A stretch of 64,000 bases of DNA. Source: Marsupella aquatica (Eukaryota > Plantae > Marchantiophyta). Position 1 is the stretch's first letter. The number at the start of each line of letters is the position of its first letter. The notes under the pieces are model-generated. The model had not been told where the DNA came from. It worked only from the letters and a program-made list of their open reading frames with translations, and did not search any database. The DNA lies in NCBI GenBank assembly GCA_973895155.1, contig OZ316895.1, positions 334,107 through 398,106 of the forward strand, written 5' to 3'. Shown one piece after another: positions 11,401 through 25,264 of the stretch. A program made the position numbers and the translations under genes.

Positions 11401-14400
11401 GCATTCCTGGAGAATTGGTAACGTCCATGCTTTAAGGCTACCTAGTGAGTATTCATTTGGCAATTTTTAAATATGCCTGGGCTCATGATTCAGTAGCAAC
11501 TACAAAGTGAAGTAGCCAAACAAATAATCGCAGTTGGGCCTCTTATTTTGAAGTTTCAAAGTGTCTGTAGTTATAGTTCCATGCTCCTCTCACCCGTCCA
11601 ACTAATAAACAAAGTGTTGACATTGGAGATGCAACTCTACTACTGTCTTACTAGAGAAATATTTCAACAGCCAGGATCTAGCCGTTCTTTCCAAATATGG
11701 TGCTGAGGATTGGGTTGTCTAGTATTGATTAAAAAATAAATGTTTTGTTAAATGTACACATTTCGAGGATATAGTAGAGAATTTTGCTGCATGTTGGAAC
11801 AAAAGTCCCCATGAGAGGCCATCATCAGCTATATCAGTATTGTGTAAAACAAAATTTAAGAACTTAGAAAGAAAAAAAGTGACTATCTTATACATTTTAT
11901 GCATTCATCTCATGAAGCTATGAACTACGAATTAATATAAATAGGAAAAAATGCAAAACATTACAAAATAATCACCGTGGACCTGTAATCCTTTACCAAA
12001 GCTTTTTAAACTTGAAATGCATTCAATCCTATTTAAACGGGTGTTTGGATCTTTTCTTATTTCTATTACCTTACAATTGAGTATTGCATGTATGTCTTTC
12101 ACACTGAAATTCCATGAACAATAAAAGAACCAGCTAATCAGTTGGTAATTTCAGGTCTTTTTTTGATTGATTTATGTTGTCTTTACTTTCATATGAGTAA
12201 CTTAGTAGTGTAATATACAATTAAAGTTCATCAATAAAACATGTCCTATGCACCTGTCATGTGCTTTGGTGCTTACCATTTGACTTTAGAAGGCCTAGGT
12301 TGTAACAGTCTTCATGTGTACAAAATTCAGGTTTTTCCAGCCTTACAAAAGATTGGCATGTACAGCAAGAGCACTGCTGAAGACTACAATCTTTTGAAAG
12401 GCCACTCTGAAGTAGCCAATGTGTTGCTTGATCTAATTTGGCACCCAAACTACATCCAATCTCCAACAACAGCTAGAAGGCTGGAGATCAAGGCCAAGAA
12501 CTTTCTCTTCTTGCCAAGAGGAGTGAGTACAAAGGAGTGCCCCTTAGATTCCATGTATATTATTTTCCCAACTAGGATAGATTGGCTAACATTCTAGAAA
12601 ACAATAACAGGAATTGGAAGAATTTCTTCAAATGCACTGTACTAGTGCAGACCTTTTGATGCAATCAACTATGTCAGATGCTCTGACCAGTTTTGGGTTT
12701 ATTCAGACATCTCTAAGGTGAGGTGCTGATTGCTGCTATTTGCAGAGTTGAAGAAGGAGGTCCTCCAAGTTTCCTTATCAATGAGGAAGGTGCCTTTCAA
12801 GAACTTCAAGACAAGTTGCAATACGGGGGATATTGTCCTGTGAATCTGGTTCAATACGAAGGTGTGCTTATCCAAGGCGATCCTAAGCTTGGCTTCATAC
12901 GACTTGAAGACAGATTTTTTTCTTTTGCAGACCAAAATGCACTCAACAAGTAACTTTTTTATCACCTTTCAGTTGTAGGCAGACATTCCAAACTATCTCT
13001 TCCAAATTTGCTGTTTGAGGTTTGGAAGGATTTTATAGTGAGTGGACCTCATTTATACTTTCACTTGGCCGTGCAACTGCTTCTGCACGTATTTGAGTAA
13101 GTTCATTTGTATTGGAACCTGAAATTGTATTATCACAGGTTTGTAAAGGCACCGCAATCATTCATTGAAGGAGTTAGAGATATTGTCTTGCGATTGCCTC
13201 ATCTTATCCACATATTAGGACTTCAAACAAGTGTGGCGTACTCTTTCCTTTCCATTCCACAGGTTTTCTTCTGAACTACTGTAGGTTCTTTTGGGGGAAG
13301 ACAGTACTAAGCTTTTTCAGAACATGACATTTCAAAGTAACTTCAAAGGGGGCAACTTGGTAAAACCATGATAAAGATAAGCAACTCAAACAATGCTAGT
13401 TTGAAGCTGAAACAAATTATTGAAGGGACCTGTTTGTAAGTGCTCTAATGGTTTTGCTGTAGCTTTTTTATAATTGCTGCTTTCCTAACTGACTTCATGT
13501 GTGGTTGCCTCAAGATATTGCATACAGTACCCGAAGCTTTCCCTAGAGAATTTGGCATTCAAACATTCATCCATGCTCTTCCACAGCACACTTGGGATGA
13601 AGAAACCCTTCAGAAAAGGTTTTCCTGGCTATCAATCGCATCAATAACGTTTTAGCTCTAATTCACTTTATACAATCCCACCAAAGATGACGGTGGTCAC
13701 CTTGCATGAGGTCCTCGTTTTCGAAGTACTGTAGTAGTTTGGACTTAGTGTGAAGGTGGATTTGTTCTTCGAGGCAGATGTATCATTTCAAGCATTGTTA
13801 AGGTTTGAACTGTTTTAGGTGATTTGCATTTATATAAAGGACATTCCCGTGCTCTTACCACAAAATTCTTCGTATAGGCTTGAGGACCTGAAACATATGA
13901 AAACTGACACTGCCCAAACCTGTATGGAAGTGAGCCAGTTCCATCGGGACTCCATCAGCCAGGTACTGAGTTCAATTTCTAGCAAAGCTCAACATCAATT
14001 TTCCTTCACCCTTTCCATTTACCCTTTCTCATCTTTCTTGCACTATGGCTTCATCTTCCTTGAATTGAGCTCTCGAACTTAGTATTGGGGCATGAATGAT
14101 ACACATTTCCGTTTCATATGCATCTGTGGCTGTCATGTACGACAGTGTCAAAAGAATTCTAGCTCGGACTGATCTGACATGAATGGGAAGAACAAGCTAG
14201 GATTAATTTTACCTACGAGGACGCCACCAACTTAGTTCTCATACGGAGACTTTTCAATAGTAAGATCTTGAGTCCTTGATATATTGTATGAACTGTGACA
14301 GGTTTGGCCTCCAAAAGACAAATGGACCCAAACTGGAGTTCCCAAAAGTACCACTATGCCCCGCTATGTTCGCGTGCTTCACAATCTCAGAGGGGAATTA

Positions 14401-14445
14401 CACCAAGAATTCAAAGTAGGCAAGTCTAGCTACGAATGGCCTTGA
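8429..14445 (+). CDS. CFAP206: Cilia- and flagella-associated protein 206, multi-exon
   Basis: GT-AG exons at about 8429-8646, 9098-9185, 9337-9444, 10019-10278, 11063-11417, 12331-12525, 12746-12949, 13139-13260, 13516-13617, 13878-13962 and from 14303. Motifs: ASLESVMP...QLDELADIVHGIRVFNK.CAGKGG; LQYGGYCPVNLVQYEGVLIQGDPKLG; PHLIHILGL; VWPPKDKWTQT...LHNLRG. Stop uncertain: 14445, or ~14622 if a further exon is spliced. Confidence 0.85.
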
Positions 14446-15015
14446 GTTGGTGAAGAATCTTCTCAATATCAAGCGGGTTCGGTGGATCAAATGTTTGGAA
14501 AATGTAGAACTGGAACGCAAATTGATATGATGAGACCTACTGAGATATCTCCATCAAACAATTCATGGACGGCGTTAGAGTCCATCGATGGGTATACTGA
14601 CTGGATCCGATACCAGCCATGAAAACAACAAAGCACTGCAGTTAGAAGGTCACTGAACTTTCGGGCAGCTTTGAAGATTCTCACTAACAGGTAGTTACAA
14701 GACATAAAGCTCGTAGAGTATACACACTTGAAAATCATCAGAGAATATGAGAGCTGATACCAAAAACTCCACAATACCATACATGGGTGCCTGAAACTTA
14801 AGGTAGCCGCCTTTACTTCATGTCAACTTTTATACCATCTCCTCCCACAGTTACATGGTCCTCTTTCTTACATATGAGAAGCACGTCCGAAATGAATTTC
14901 GAGACCAATCCCCTCTGTGGATGGGGCAAACATAGCAGAAGATTTTGCTCCACCTTGAACACCACGATTTCACAATTTCTTCGGAGGAGACTTCCGTATT
15001 ATTAACTAGTGCACA

Positions 15016-18000
15016 CTACCCCATCCCTTGTTGGGTGCAGCATTCAGAGATATCAATTCCAGCTACTTCCATAGCATCCCGTACCCACGCTGGTACATCT
15101 CCTCTCGGAAACTGACAAACATACAGTCTGATGAATCAATATTCGATATAGTTCAGCACAAGTTGTGCAAAACCGAAGCATCTTTAACAACCACTGACGA
15201 CTAGTTCGGAGTAACATTATTTCACAAGAGATTGGTGCAACTTAAAGTTCATGATACACCACAGCATTACGGTCACCATACCTGTAAGTTCAAGAAGTTT
15301 TGCACAAACCTGCCAAAAGACTTGTCATTAGCATGACATGAATGAACAGTTCTGTACATAGCTACAGCCTTATATCATCAAAATTTCTCAATCGTTGTGA
15401 GCTACATTCTAGTCTTCTATACCCAATTTGTTTTCACGAGGATCTTACTTGGGAAATCGATTCTCAATAATGGATGTATGGAGATCTTTACTCAACTGCA
15501 GAAGCAAGAATCGATCATCAATATTACAATAAAAACAAGGGTACTGTAAATGGCATTCTTGCATCCAATTAAACTAGATCTGCAGTCATTTTCACTGAAT
15601 TTCTTAGCCAACAAAAGACTAGAAACATCTCTCAAACAAATCTCATACAAGAAACCCCCTACAAAGCAGACGCCCTCTAAAGGCGACCAAAGTCTAGCTC
15701 AATTCAGCCTTCGATCATTTTTCTTGTGCGACTCCTTTTCGTCTAGATAGATGTTCTGGAAAGCTTAATGACGTAGGTTGCAGTTCACGTTCACTTTGAC
15801 GCCGTGGATGTTGTAATATAAATTCCCTTTTGTTTGGTTCTAGTTTCTTGATATCTATGAACTGGTTACATCATGAGAGGATCAAATTAAAAACTTACAA
15901 TAGCGGACTCAAAACATACAATTGCTATATACTTACTTTCATCATATAAGCTATATTATGGTAGGAAACTAACTGGGAGCCGAGTGCTTCTTTAGTCACT
16001 AAAGTATGGAGATACGCTCGGGTGTACTGTTTGCAAACCTACGTCCAAGAGAAACACACAAGTCAACAACACATCTGCAGTACCTACAAATGGATATCAA
16101 TGCCATAACTTCCTTGCAATTACAATACACAAGACAGCAATCATCATAGTAATTTTTTAATATCATTGGCCGGCATGTCTCAATCTTTCCAGATTGAAAG
16201 TTTTAACCATCTTGTGAAGGGTAACGGACACACCATGCAGGAGCAGGAAGCATCCAGAGGTCGGTAATCTTTTGCCATATTTGCATGCTTCAGCTTCAAA
16301 ATTCCCTGAATTATTCCATATACATGTCAGAGAATGAATGGACGAAGGAAATTCACTCGGAATTGCAGCTTAACCTTTCTCTCTTTGCAAGAATAGAACG
16401 TCAGGTTCTAATTTTTAAGCTGCGTTATTTTCTAGAAGCTAGTTCTGAGAAAAATTATCCAAATGTAGTAAGTTTCCGTGTTCGAGCAACAGACATTTAT
16501 GTACTGTAGAGCGGAATTGCCTCCAAGGCTTCGTTACCAACAAAACTGTTGAAGACGATAGATGCACGTACGAGTGATCAATGACTTGTGATCAGACTTG
16601 CTCTACCGCTCACATCCTCATGGATCCAAAACTGTAACAGAGAAGGCCTTTGACCGCATACGATTCATTCTACATACAATATGGGACTCGAAAGATTGTG
16701 AACGAGAGGGTTATTTTCAATAGTAGATACTATGAGATGTATTATTATTACCTCTGATACAAGGGCCGAACCGAACCGGGCTGTTCGGGTTGGATACACA
16801 CAATCATACATGTCTGCTCCAAGGGCGCTGCAAACCACTATATCTAACGGAAATCCCACACCCTGTTTCGACCGCAGGCATCGCACCAGAGTTAGATTTA
16901 CGTAGTGCAGATTTCTCCACTTGCATTGCAGCATAATGCTGCTGACGACAACGATACCCATGCAAGTTTCTTAAAGCTAAGGCAATCATGCATGGATAGG
17001 CCAGAGTGAGGCCTAAATCAGCCGACATAAACAGAGAGGTCCTTCATGAACAATCCTATACACAAAACAGTCCCAAAAACAGTAAAGCCCTTTCCTTCAA
17101 GTCATAGCAACAATTGATAAGACAACCTGATGAACAGATGTTCATGAGTGAAAAGGGAAACTTCACTTACCATCACATACCGTGGCTTATCTTTGGGAAG
17201 CTCAGCAGTGCATTGCGCAACCACTTTCCAGAACAAATCTTTCGACTCTCCTCCAGCTAGACCCCCAATAGCATATCTGTGCCACATTACGATCGTTTAT
17301 AAATATGATGATCCAGCACATTGAAGAGCAATTATATTCCTCGACCACTAGGTAGAAGCCACGACGTGTGTTGCGTCGAAATCGATGTTACAAATCTGAT
17401 AGGTGGTGCACGACTCCGAATGAGCCATCACCGACGGATTCTAACGGCATAAAATATTCTCTCGAAAACAAATCTTGCAGAAATTGTTAGTATAACTAAT
17501 CAAAATTATCGAATTCTGTAGGATACAAAAAACGGACATTGTTCTAATTTCTTTGGTAAAAAGTGAGGAAGAAAAATTTCACAGTGGATCAACTTAGAAT
17601 TAAACCTCGCATTAATGTCGACAGCATCATGCATCTATGTCTATATACAGTTTGTGACTCTCCACTCACCCTGGAAGATTGCGAGCGACGAGACCTCTTA
17701 CACACTCCTTTCTGCACATTTTACAGACAATAACCCCTGCAGTGAGGCAACCATTGAACGCGGCTACTGGGAGGAGGCCCTACTTTCGAACTGTCATGGT
17801 CAGTTCTGATCGTAATTGCATCACTAATAAGAATTAATGAAATTTTCATTGCACACACATGAGACTTCACCTGAGTTGAGGATCCACACCGCCCTGGACA
17901 ATGCCAAAAAGACTTTGTTCATTGGGTCTTGCATGCGCTACGCAAAAAAAATCACCAAACATACTGTCAATGAGTGATCAAGTACGCCATTACTAACTTG

Positions 18001-20488
18001 CAAGAAGGAGAAGTAATAAGGATCATCAAAGAAGTCAATCTGACCTCATAAGTAACGACACAAAACACACAAACGTCGTAATGAAATGTTTTATGTGCAT
18101 GGGACAAGGGCAGGGAAACGGGATAAACACACAACCACTCTCAGGTGTGGATTGCCAAACCTGCAATACAGCGATCAATCCACCGCAGTGTCCTGTGCAT
18201 TGCTTCTTCAACACGTGGGCCAGTGGTGGTAGTTTTCACTACATCATCGAGAGCCATAATGATATCTGCTCCTATATCGTTCTGTAGGCAATTGGATAGA
18301 AATTCAACATTCACGCCGCACATATCCCAAGTTGAGATGACTCGCAAATTTTGATATGCAATTTAGAGCAATAAGCTTCAGATATGGGTGCAAACAGTCT
18401 GCTCAAGGTGCAAACCTGTATCTGTATTGACTCTTCTGGTGTAAGCAACATCGGCGTCCCATCCACAGGGGACTGCAAATGCCAAAAGTCACAATAGATC
18501 GAAACACAGAACAAATTCGGTATGTGGTTATCAGAGGATGCCAAGTTGTAACCAGAAAGTTATCAATGTCTTCAAAACAAACCAGACTCTTAAAGTAACT
18601 CCAGGCCTAGGTCCATGGCAATTCCAACCATACGTCCATATGTCGTCTCCAGATGACCTGATTGTCCTCAGCACGGAGACAATATATCTCTTAGCTAAAC
18701 TGTCTTTTTTGTGACGAGAAAACTATAAAGTTTCAGGACTTCAGCTTCATGGAAACAAGAGCACAGGGGAGGAAAATGGTATTGCTAACCTGGAAAGTGA
18801 CGCCTTCTTCAGTGATATCTGCTAGGTGCAGCAGAGAAACCTGTAACGCACAGATAAAAGCGATCAAATGTAGAAGATGAGTTTTGGACCCTTCCAAGAG
18901 TGCAGTGACATATGAGATAGGTTGCCCTATGCAATAAGCAAGAAACCTCTCTCCAGATTCAAGTTTTAAGCAAGAATTGTTGAATCAAGGAATTAAGGTT
19001 GACATCCACGGGAGCTCTAGGTGGAGCGTATCGGAACAATCAGTCAAGGAATTGAATTTGAAGTCTATATCAAGGGATCTAAGGGACCAAAAATAAACAA
19101 AGATTATCCGAGGCGTCACGTGCCTTGTAAGTGGATCTCAAACATAGGACACACGACAAAGTTGCTCTGATACTCTGATCGTAGCAGTCTCTCATTAAGC
19201 ATTCATTTCTGTTTCAACCGAGAGAGAATTAAAGACGTATCAATTTGCAACCGTCTCAAAGTCATACTGGTGATCATCATCCAGCAGTGGGAGATAAAAG
19301 TAATCACAGAACTTCTCTAATCTGAGAATATCTCATAGTGCTCTCCCCCAGTATACTTGTCTGGGCTGCATCTGGACAGCCTAGTACTTGTTGCGAAAAA
19401 CTCACATGCACCCTGCCAGAGCACTTAATTTAATTGATTTGCATTAAATAAAACAAATGACACAGAAAGCGAATAGGACGGAAGAGAGACCATCTGAAAA
19501 CCGCCGGAATCAGTAAGAAGAGCTCTTGGCCAGTTCATAAATTCATGAAGGCCACCCACGTTCCTCAATAGCTCTGCACCAGGACGCAGTGCTAGATGGT
19601 ATGTATTTCCTAAGATAATTTGACACCCAAGGTCCTCCAGCTGATCACATGCGATCCCTTTGATTGTACCTACACCAAAGTAGCAATTAATATTAAACTC
19701 CTGTAATGAAAAAATTTTCCCTGATAGTTTTACGCACTTCGTTTTCCTTAAATACCCTCAAGGTGGTCTAAGAATAACCAGGAATTGAAGAATTTCTCTC
19801 ACTCTCTAGAGGGGTTTCGAGCATGATAGAAGCGCAATTTTCAATTCCTCAAAGTCAAACAGAAAACAAATTCCCAACACAACAGTTCGGCTAGAACCAT
19901 CGCAATTGCAACAAAAAAGATAACTCACAGATGTGTAAATACAAGGGCGACGACGTCTATATTTCCGTTTGGTGCAAATTGAAAGAGCAACATGATATAA
20001 AATTGAACCCCAAAAAAAATCAGAAATGAGGCCATCGACGATGTTGAAATACCTTGGGTACCAACGGGCATAAACATGGGCGTTTCGACCACATGATGGG
20101 GAAGCGTGAGACGCGATGCCCGAGCTCGATTGTAAGTGGCCAACACCTTCACCAAATATCCAAACAAAAAAAATCCCCCAGTTACAAAAGCCCGCCCGTA
20201 GTTCGTTTGCCTTTTAATACATCCCCTCCAGTCTGAACTAGCAATTTATGTGTTCAAATTTTGTTGGTCGTGAGTTTCCCTCCACTAATAATATGCAATC
20301 CGTGAGCAACGACATTCAGAGACAGCTCCAGTAGCCAAGATTCACTATTCTTCCACCAAAAGCAAAGGTGTGGAGAGAAACCCAAACCGAGCAGAAGCAA
20401 TCAACAGCCACGCAGAAAAGCACCCAGAAGCATCCGCAAAAAGATATCAGAGTAAGTAAGGGTCATGAACCTCAAACTGGAGTGCCAT
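15016..20488 (-). CDS. QTRT1: Queuine tRNA-ribosyltransferase catalytic subunit (tRNA-guanine transglycosylase), multi-exon
   Basis: Exon 1 MALQFE (ATG 20488); later exons give [93 protein letters not shown], zinc-site CSCMVC and YHNIAYMM; last exon [19 protein letters not shown]...G* (TAG at 15016-15018). Confidence 0.95.
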
Positions 20489-20805
20489 CTTTCCTAGTTG
20501 TCTCATCCCCGTCCAAAACGGAATCCACTAGGCGTGGGGCTTTTCCAATCTAAACATCTTCGTTGGGCGCCGTTGAGGCAACCCAAGTCGAGCTTTCTCT
20601 CTCCTGCATAGCGTTGATACCGATTCCACACTTAAAGCACTCTCGATTGAACGGCATTGACAGTTGGACATGTCGTCCCCTTCTTAAACCCGTGGGTTAT
20701 TTCGACTTTCGCAGGTTTAAGTTTGTTCTGTTCCAGCTTGTTCTGAATGAAGATGTAAACGCGTCGAGTCTTCGCGTCACCCAGGTAACCAAAAAAACGA
20801 CCACA

Positions 20806-20819
20806 AAACCCTAAACCCT
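20806..20819. promoter_or_regulatory. Telo-box-like AAACCCTAAACCCT upstream of the TGT gene
   Basis: Two telomere-type units ~320 bp upstream of the TGT ATG; telo-boxes are known in promoters of plant translation-related genes. Confidence 0.35.
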
Positions 20820-23149
20820 GAAGTATGGGAAACCAAGATGGTCAGGAGTGGTCAGGCATGTTACTAAACTAAACTAATAGCATTTCCAACGTTACTGGGT
20901 TGGACTATCGTAACCCTATGTTGACCAACCCAAGTAGGTTGAATAAAGAAAACAACCCCATTGGAATGTTCTGAGCCTACCGGGTTTTTCTTTTCTGGAT
21001 TTGTGTAGAGCATTGATTGGCTACAGTATTCATTCCTGGGTTCTCCAAGATCTAATCATTTGTATCCAGTAGTGCCTATGTTAGGAGGTCAAGGAGTTTA
21101 CTCAGAATCCATGTTATCCTAGTTGAAATGTACATTTCCATAGATCCATGGAAAGTGACAGAGAGTACATTGCACCGAGGATGTCAAAGAAAGATTTTCT
21201 AGGACTAGCCGCTACTACCCATTCTTTGAACAGGAATAGCAAGAAGGACAATAAAAATGACACCAAAATATATTTGTTATTCACTTCTTTTGAAGGTTAA
21301 TGAAATAATAATAAAATCATCATGCATGTCATCATTTTAGAAATCATACATATATCATAGTCATGAGTTTTCTCATCCACATGATGAGTCATGGAGTTAC
21401 AGTCTAGAGGTTTCACTCTAGGCCTCAACTCTAGCTTATAGTTGGTGCTTTATAATAAGATATACGTGAACTATAAGGATGCAAGGCCGTAAGAGGACAA
21501 AAAACACAAGCAGATGAAGTGGAGCACGGTTAACTATAATTTAGTAGGGACACAAAATGCATCTTATGTGCAGCATCATTGGTGCACTACAATAGTGTTA
21601 TCTGAGCTGGATGTAAATTCATTTGTTTACTTTTTTTGTTTTATTTGAACCAAGAGGAACTCTATCCATCCTAGACTAATATTTTTAGAGTATGCAGTAT
21701 TGTAAGATAGTCCACATGGGAATCCAGGGGTGGATCCAAAAGATTAAACTAATGCCATGAAAAAGAGAACCAGTAACAATGTAGGGTAACCGGTGGGTTG
21801 AAGGGGGTTATAGGGTGTTTTCCCCTAACAGTGTGCTTAATAGAATTAAAGGAGCCGGCCCTGCTTACGGGAATGATCCGGTTTGTAATGAAATGGCTCC
21901 TAATATTTGTTTGTTATTTCTCTGGTAATCTGACTTTTGAGACTCCAAAGCAAGTAGACTTCTTTGGTTTCACCGGCACCTTATCCATGTGGATTCCAAC
22001 CAACATATGCCCCCTTCTCCGTCGTCTACCAGCTCGTCAGAGGCCGGGGGCCTTCGCTGAGCAGCTATGTCAGGGGCGGGCAGTGATCCCAAGGGGGTTG
22101 GGGTTAAACCCTAAACCCCAAACAGCCCAGGAATTACCAAGCATAAATTGTCCTGTGAGTCAAAGGAAATCTGCTTGGGAGGAATTGCAACCAACTGTTT
22201 TTCCTTGTTTTCTTCATAATTCCCAATATCTCTGGAAGGAGGGCAGGTACTTTACAGAATGGAAAGGGATTTAGCGTTATTATTCAGTACCAATACTCAA
22301 TCTTTCAGTACTTTCATGCAAAACCTCCCCACTGTGGAGTCAATGGTGGCAAACTGGCAAGGATCTGTTTATATTTAGACTGGGTATTATTTTCCAGCCC
22401 ATTTTTAAGGTAAGTTCTTGATGAAATATTCATCCACAAAATAGGGCTTGATTTCAATCATGATCCATGTAAGTGTGTAAGTAATAGGGCATCTCAAAGC
22501 TTCATGATGGCCTTCAACATTAAACCATCACTGTCCAACAAGTTTGGGGAGGACAAAAAAGTGCACTTGATTACTTTTTGGAAATTATTCACTCATTTAG
22601 TAACCTAGATCCACCAGCTTTTGGTTCAAGGAAGTGGCACTGGCACTTTAAAGGAATGATCATAACTCTTTCACAAGATTATGTAAGAGCATCCCCACCA
22701 GTGCTCGCCATCGGGCTGCGGGCTGGCATATCGCAGATTATACAGGGTTAAGGCATTTTATTGGGTTGCACCGGTGCTCTGTATCGTGAAAATTTATGCA
22801 GGTGTTTGCGTCCAACAGTTTCCCGACCAGAATACTTGGCCCTTTTCCAGGTCCGCATTCCCGTTTTGCCAATGCTGCCAAACATCATCTATGCTCCAGC
22901 CCGCGCCACATGTTGACATCCCAGGCACCCTGCAGCGTTCCCTCACTTTTTTTCTGAAATTGGCGCCAGTGTCTGCATTCGAAGGCAGAGCTCTGCCAAA
23001 GCTTGTCGAGTGTGCTCTGCCATGCTTGTCGAGTGCATAGTGCAGCACACGTTTTTCTGCGCACCTATTGTGGTCCCGACTCCCAAATTCTAACGTACAG
23101 CACAGTGCATGCACAGTGATTGACAGTGCCTTGTGTGTGATCTGACGAC

Positions 23150-24083
23150 ATGGCCCAACGAGGGAAGAATTTTAGTCCAGCAGAACTGAAGCAACTTTGC
23201 TACAGAACCTGGAGATTTCACAGGACCCGTGTGTTGGGTCTGGGCAAAAGAGGGAGAATTTTTGGGAACGTGTCGGGGAGCACTACGATAGAAATAAGCC
23301 AAAAGAACTTGAGAGTAGAACAGCAAAATCGCTTGAGAGCAAGTGGGGCTATGTTCGGAAGGCCACAACTCGTTTTATTGGATGCTATAAATCAGTTGAG
23401 GATCTTGACATTTTTGGTACCAATAGCGATGACACATTGAATAAGGCAAAATAGTTGTACAAGACTCGACATTCAAAGGGGAAAGATTTTTTGTTGCCAG
23501 TGTGCTAAAAAACTGTCCCCAAGGTGGATGCTGCCAGAAGACCAGATGTCCAAGGGAAATGGCAAACGGAAGCAGCCAGTGGGGACACCATGTAGGGAGC
23601 AAGGAGATCAGGAGTACACCCGCCTGTCAGACGAGGGGCCAACCAATTTTCAGTTCGAAGCAGAGAAGGAACCAAATGAGCAGGACAGTTCTCAAGGAAA
23701 TTCAAGCAAGAGACCATTGGAACCAAGCTGGCAAAGGAGAATGCAAAGAAACTAAAAGCTCATGAAGATGCTTTCAAGATGGTTGCCCAAGCTCAAAAGG
23801 TGATGGCTGAAACAGGAGTGCAACGTTTGAGAGTTTTGGAAAGCCAAACATTCATGAATATGCTTACCTTGCCTACAGCGCACCTCGACAGTGACACATT
23901 GGACTTTTTGAGAGTTTGGAAAGTAATGAAATGGCCAAGTTGATGGATAGGATCTCAACTGGGAGCCCTCCAGTACACTCCCCTTTCCCACCCAGGGCAT
24001 CCAGGACTTCGCTTCCAAGTCCACTGCCTAGTGATGAAGAGTCTTCACTGGCAGATGAAATTGATCGAGCATCCCCCCAGTAG
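23150..24083 (+). pseudogene. Harbinger ORF1 (Myb/SANT-like, NAM-associated type) with frameshifts and stops
   Basis: MAQRGKNFSPAELKQLC, then in a shifted frame ISQDPCVGSGQKRENFWERV...RTAKSLESKW...FIGCY; typical of plant PIF/Harbinger partner proteins. 3' end approximate. Confidence 0.8.
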
Positions 24084-25264
24084 TCAATTAAAATTCTTAG
24101 ATTTTTTTTTCATGTTTCGCTTTGTATGCGTATATGTACTCAATTCTAAATTGAAGTTTTTTGGACCAATGTTGGTAAATTGTGACTCAATTTGTGACTC
24201 AATTATGCTCTGCAATTAATTTGTGAAGCGTGCATGCCCCAATTGTCACATGTACAAGCTCGTAAGATTGTGTACCCCAATGTCAACTAAGCAATTTAGT
24301 ATGGCCTTGTCTCCCATGGTACAGACCTGAGAGCGGGCCTGAGAGCTCCATTGTACAGACCTTTAGAGCTCCCACGGTACAGACATGTGAGCTCCTCGGT
24401 ACAGGCCTGACATCTTCTCAGTCTTGTCACCAGGCTGGGGCAAGTTTCGTGGTCTTTTATTGTGCACACCAGGATTTCCAGCAGCTTGTGTTTTTGTGTG
24501 CAAGCAGGTTTGAGAAGCTCGCGTTTTTTGGCCTTTCTTGCCCGGGGAAAGCCTGCTTGCATTTTGCCTTCGCAAATCTGTAAAATCTGGAGAAAGGAGT
24601 TGCCCAAAGCTCCTTATTTCAGGTTCAATTAGGTGTTGGGAGGTCGTGGTATTGGTGTGCGCAGGGGCTGAGGAAGCTATTCGACCTGAAAGTACCGGCC
24701 CTCGTCAAGTATGTCAACTTCGAGCTCGGAAAGCTCCACTGCTCGTTCACAGCCATTGCCATCCATTGTGAGGCCCATGCATAGTAAAACTCCCATTGCA
24801 AAGGAGAAGGCCCCACAGCAACCGAGGCAGAAGACTCCTAGAGTTCACTATGTGCTGAATGAGTGGGCTTCAAATTCGTATGAGCGAGCCCTCCTTCGCA
24901 GCCTACAAGAGTCAGATGACAATGAGGAAGAAGATCAATTTGGCACTTGAACGATTGTGGGTCGGCATCGTTCTTTGCACATCATTTTCTGTATATGTCT
25001 TGTCTTGCAAGACTAATTTGATAGATTTTATTGTGGGCTTATCGTCACATTATTTTCATGTAGGGGTGTCCTGCTGCGAATGCACTGCCATTGACGTCAA
25101 TGTTGAAGAAATTGTCTGACAGTACGTAGAGAGAAAGTTCTACAAAGCTGAATTTTGTATAGCACACAGCTCTCCCAAAGTTCTACAAAGCAGAATTGTG
25201 TATACCACACAACTGAATAAAAAGTTTTATTGTTCATGTATTTTCATACAATGCTTCTAGGCAA

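Noticed and set aside
24067-24080. Internal GAGCATCCCC match to the Harbinger left TIR
   Set aside because: No TWA flank and it lies at the end of ORF1; likely chance.
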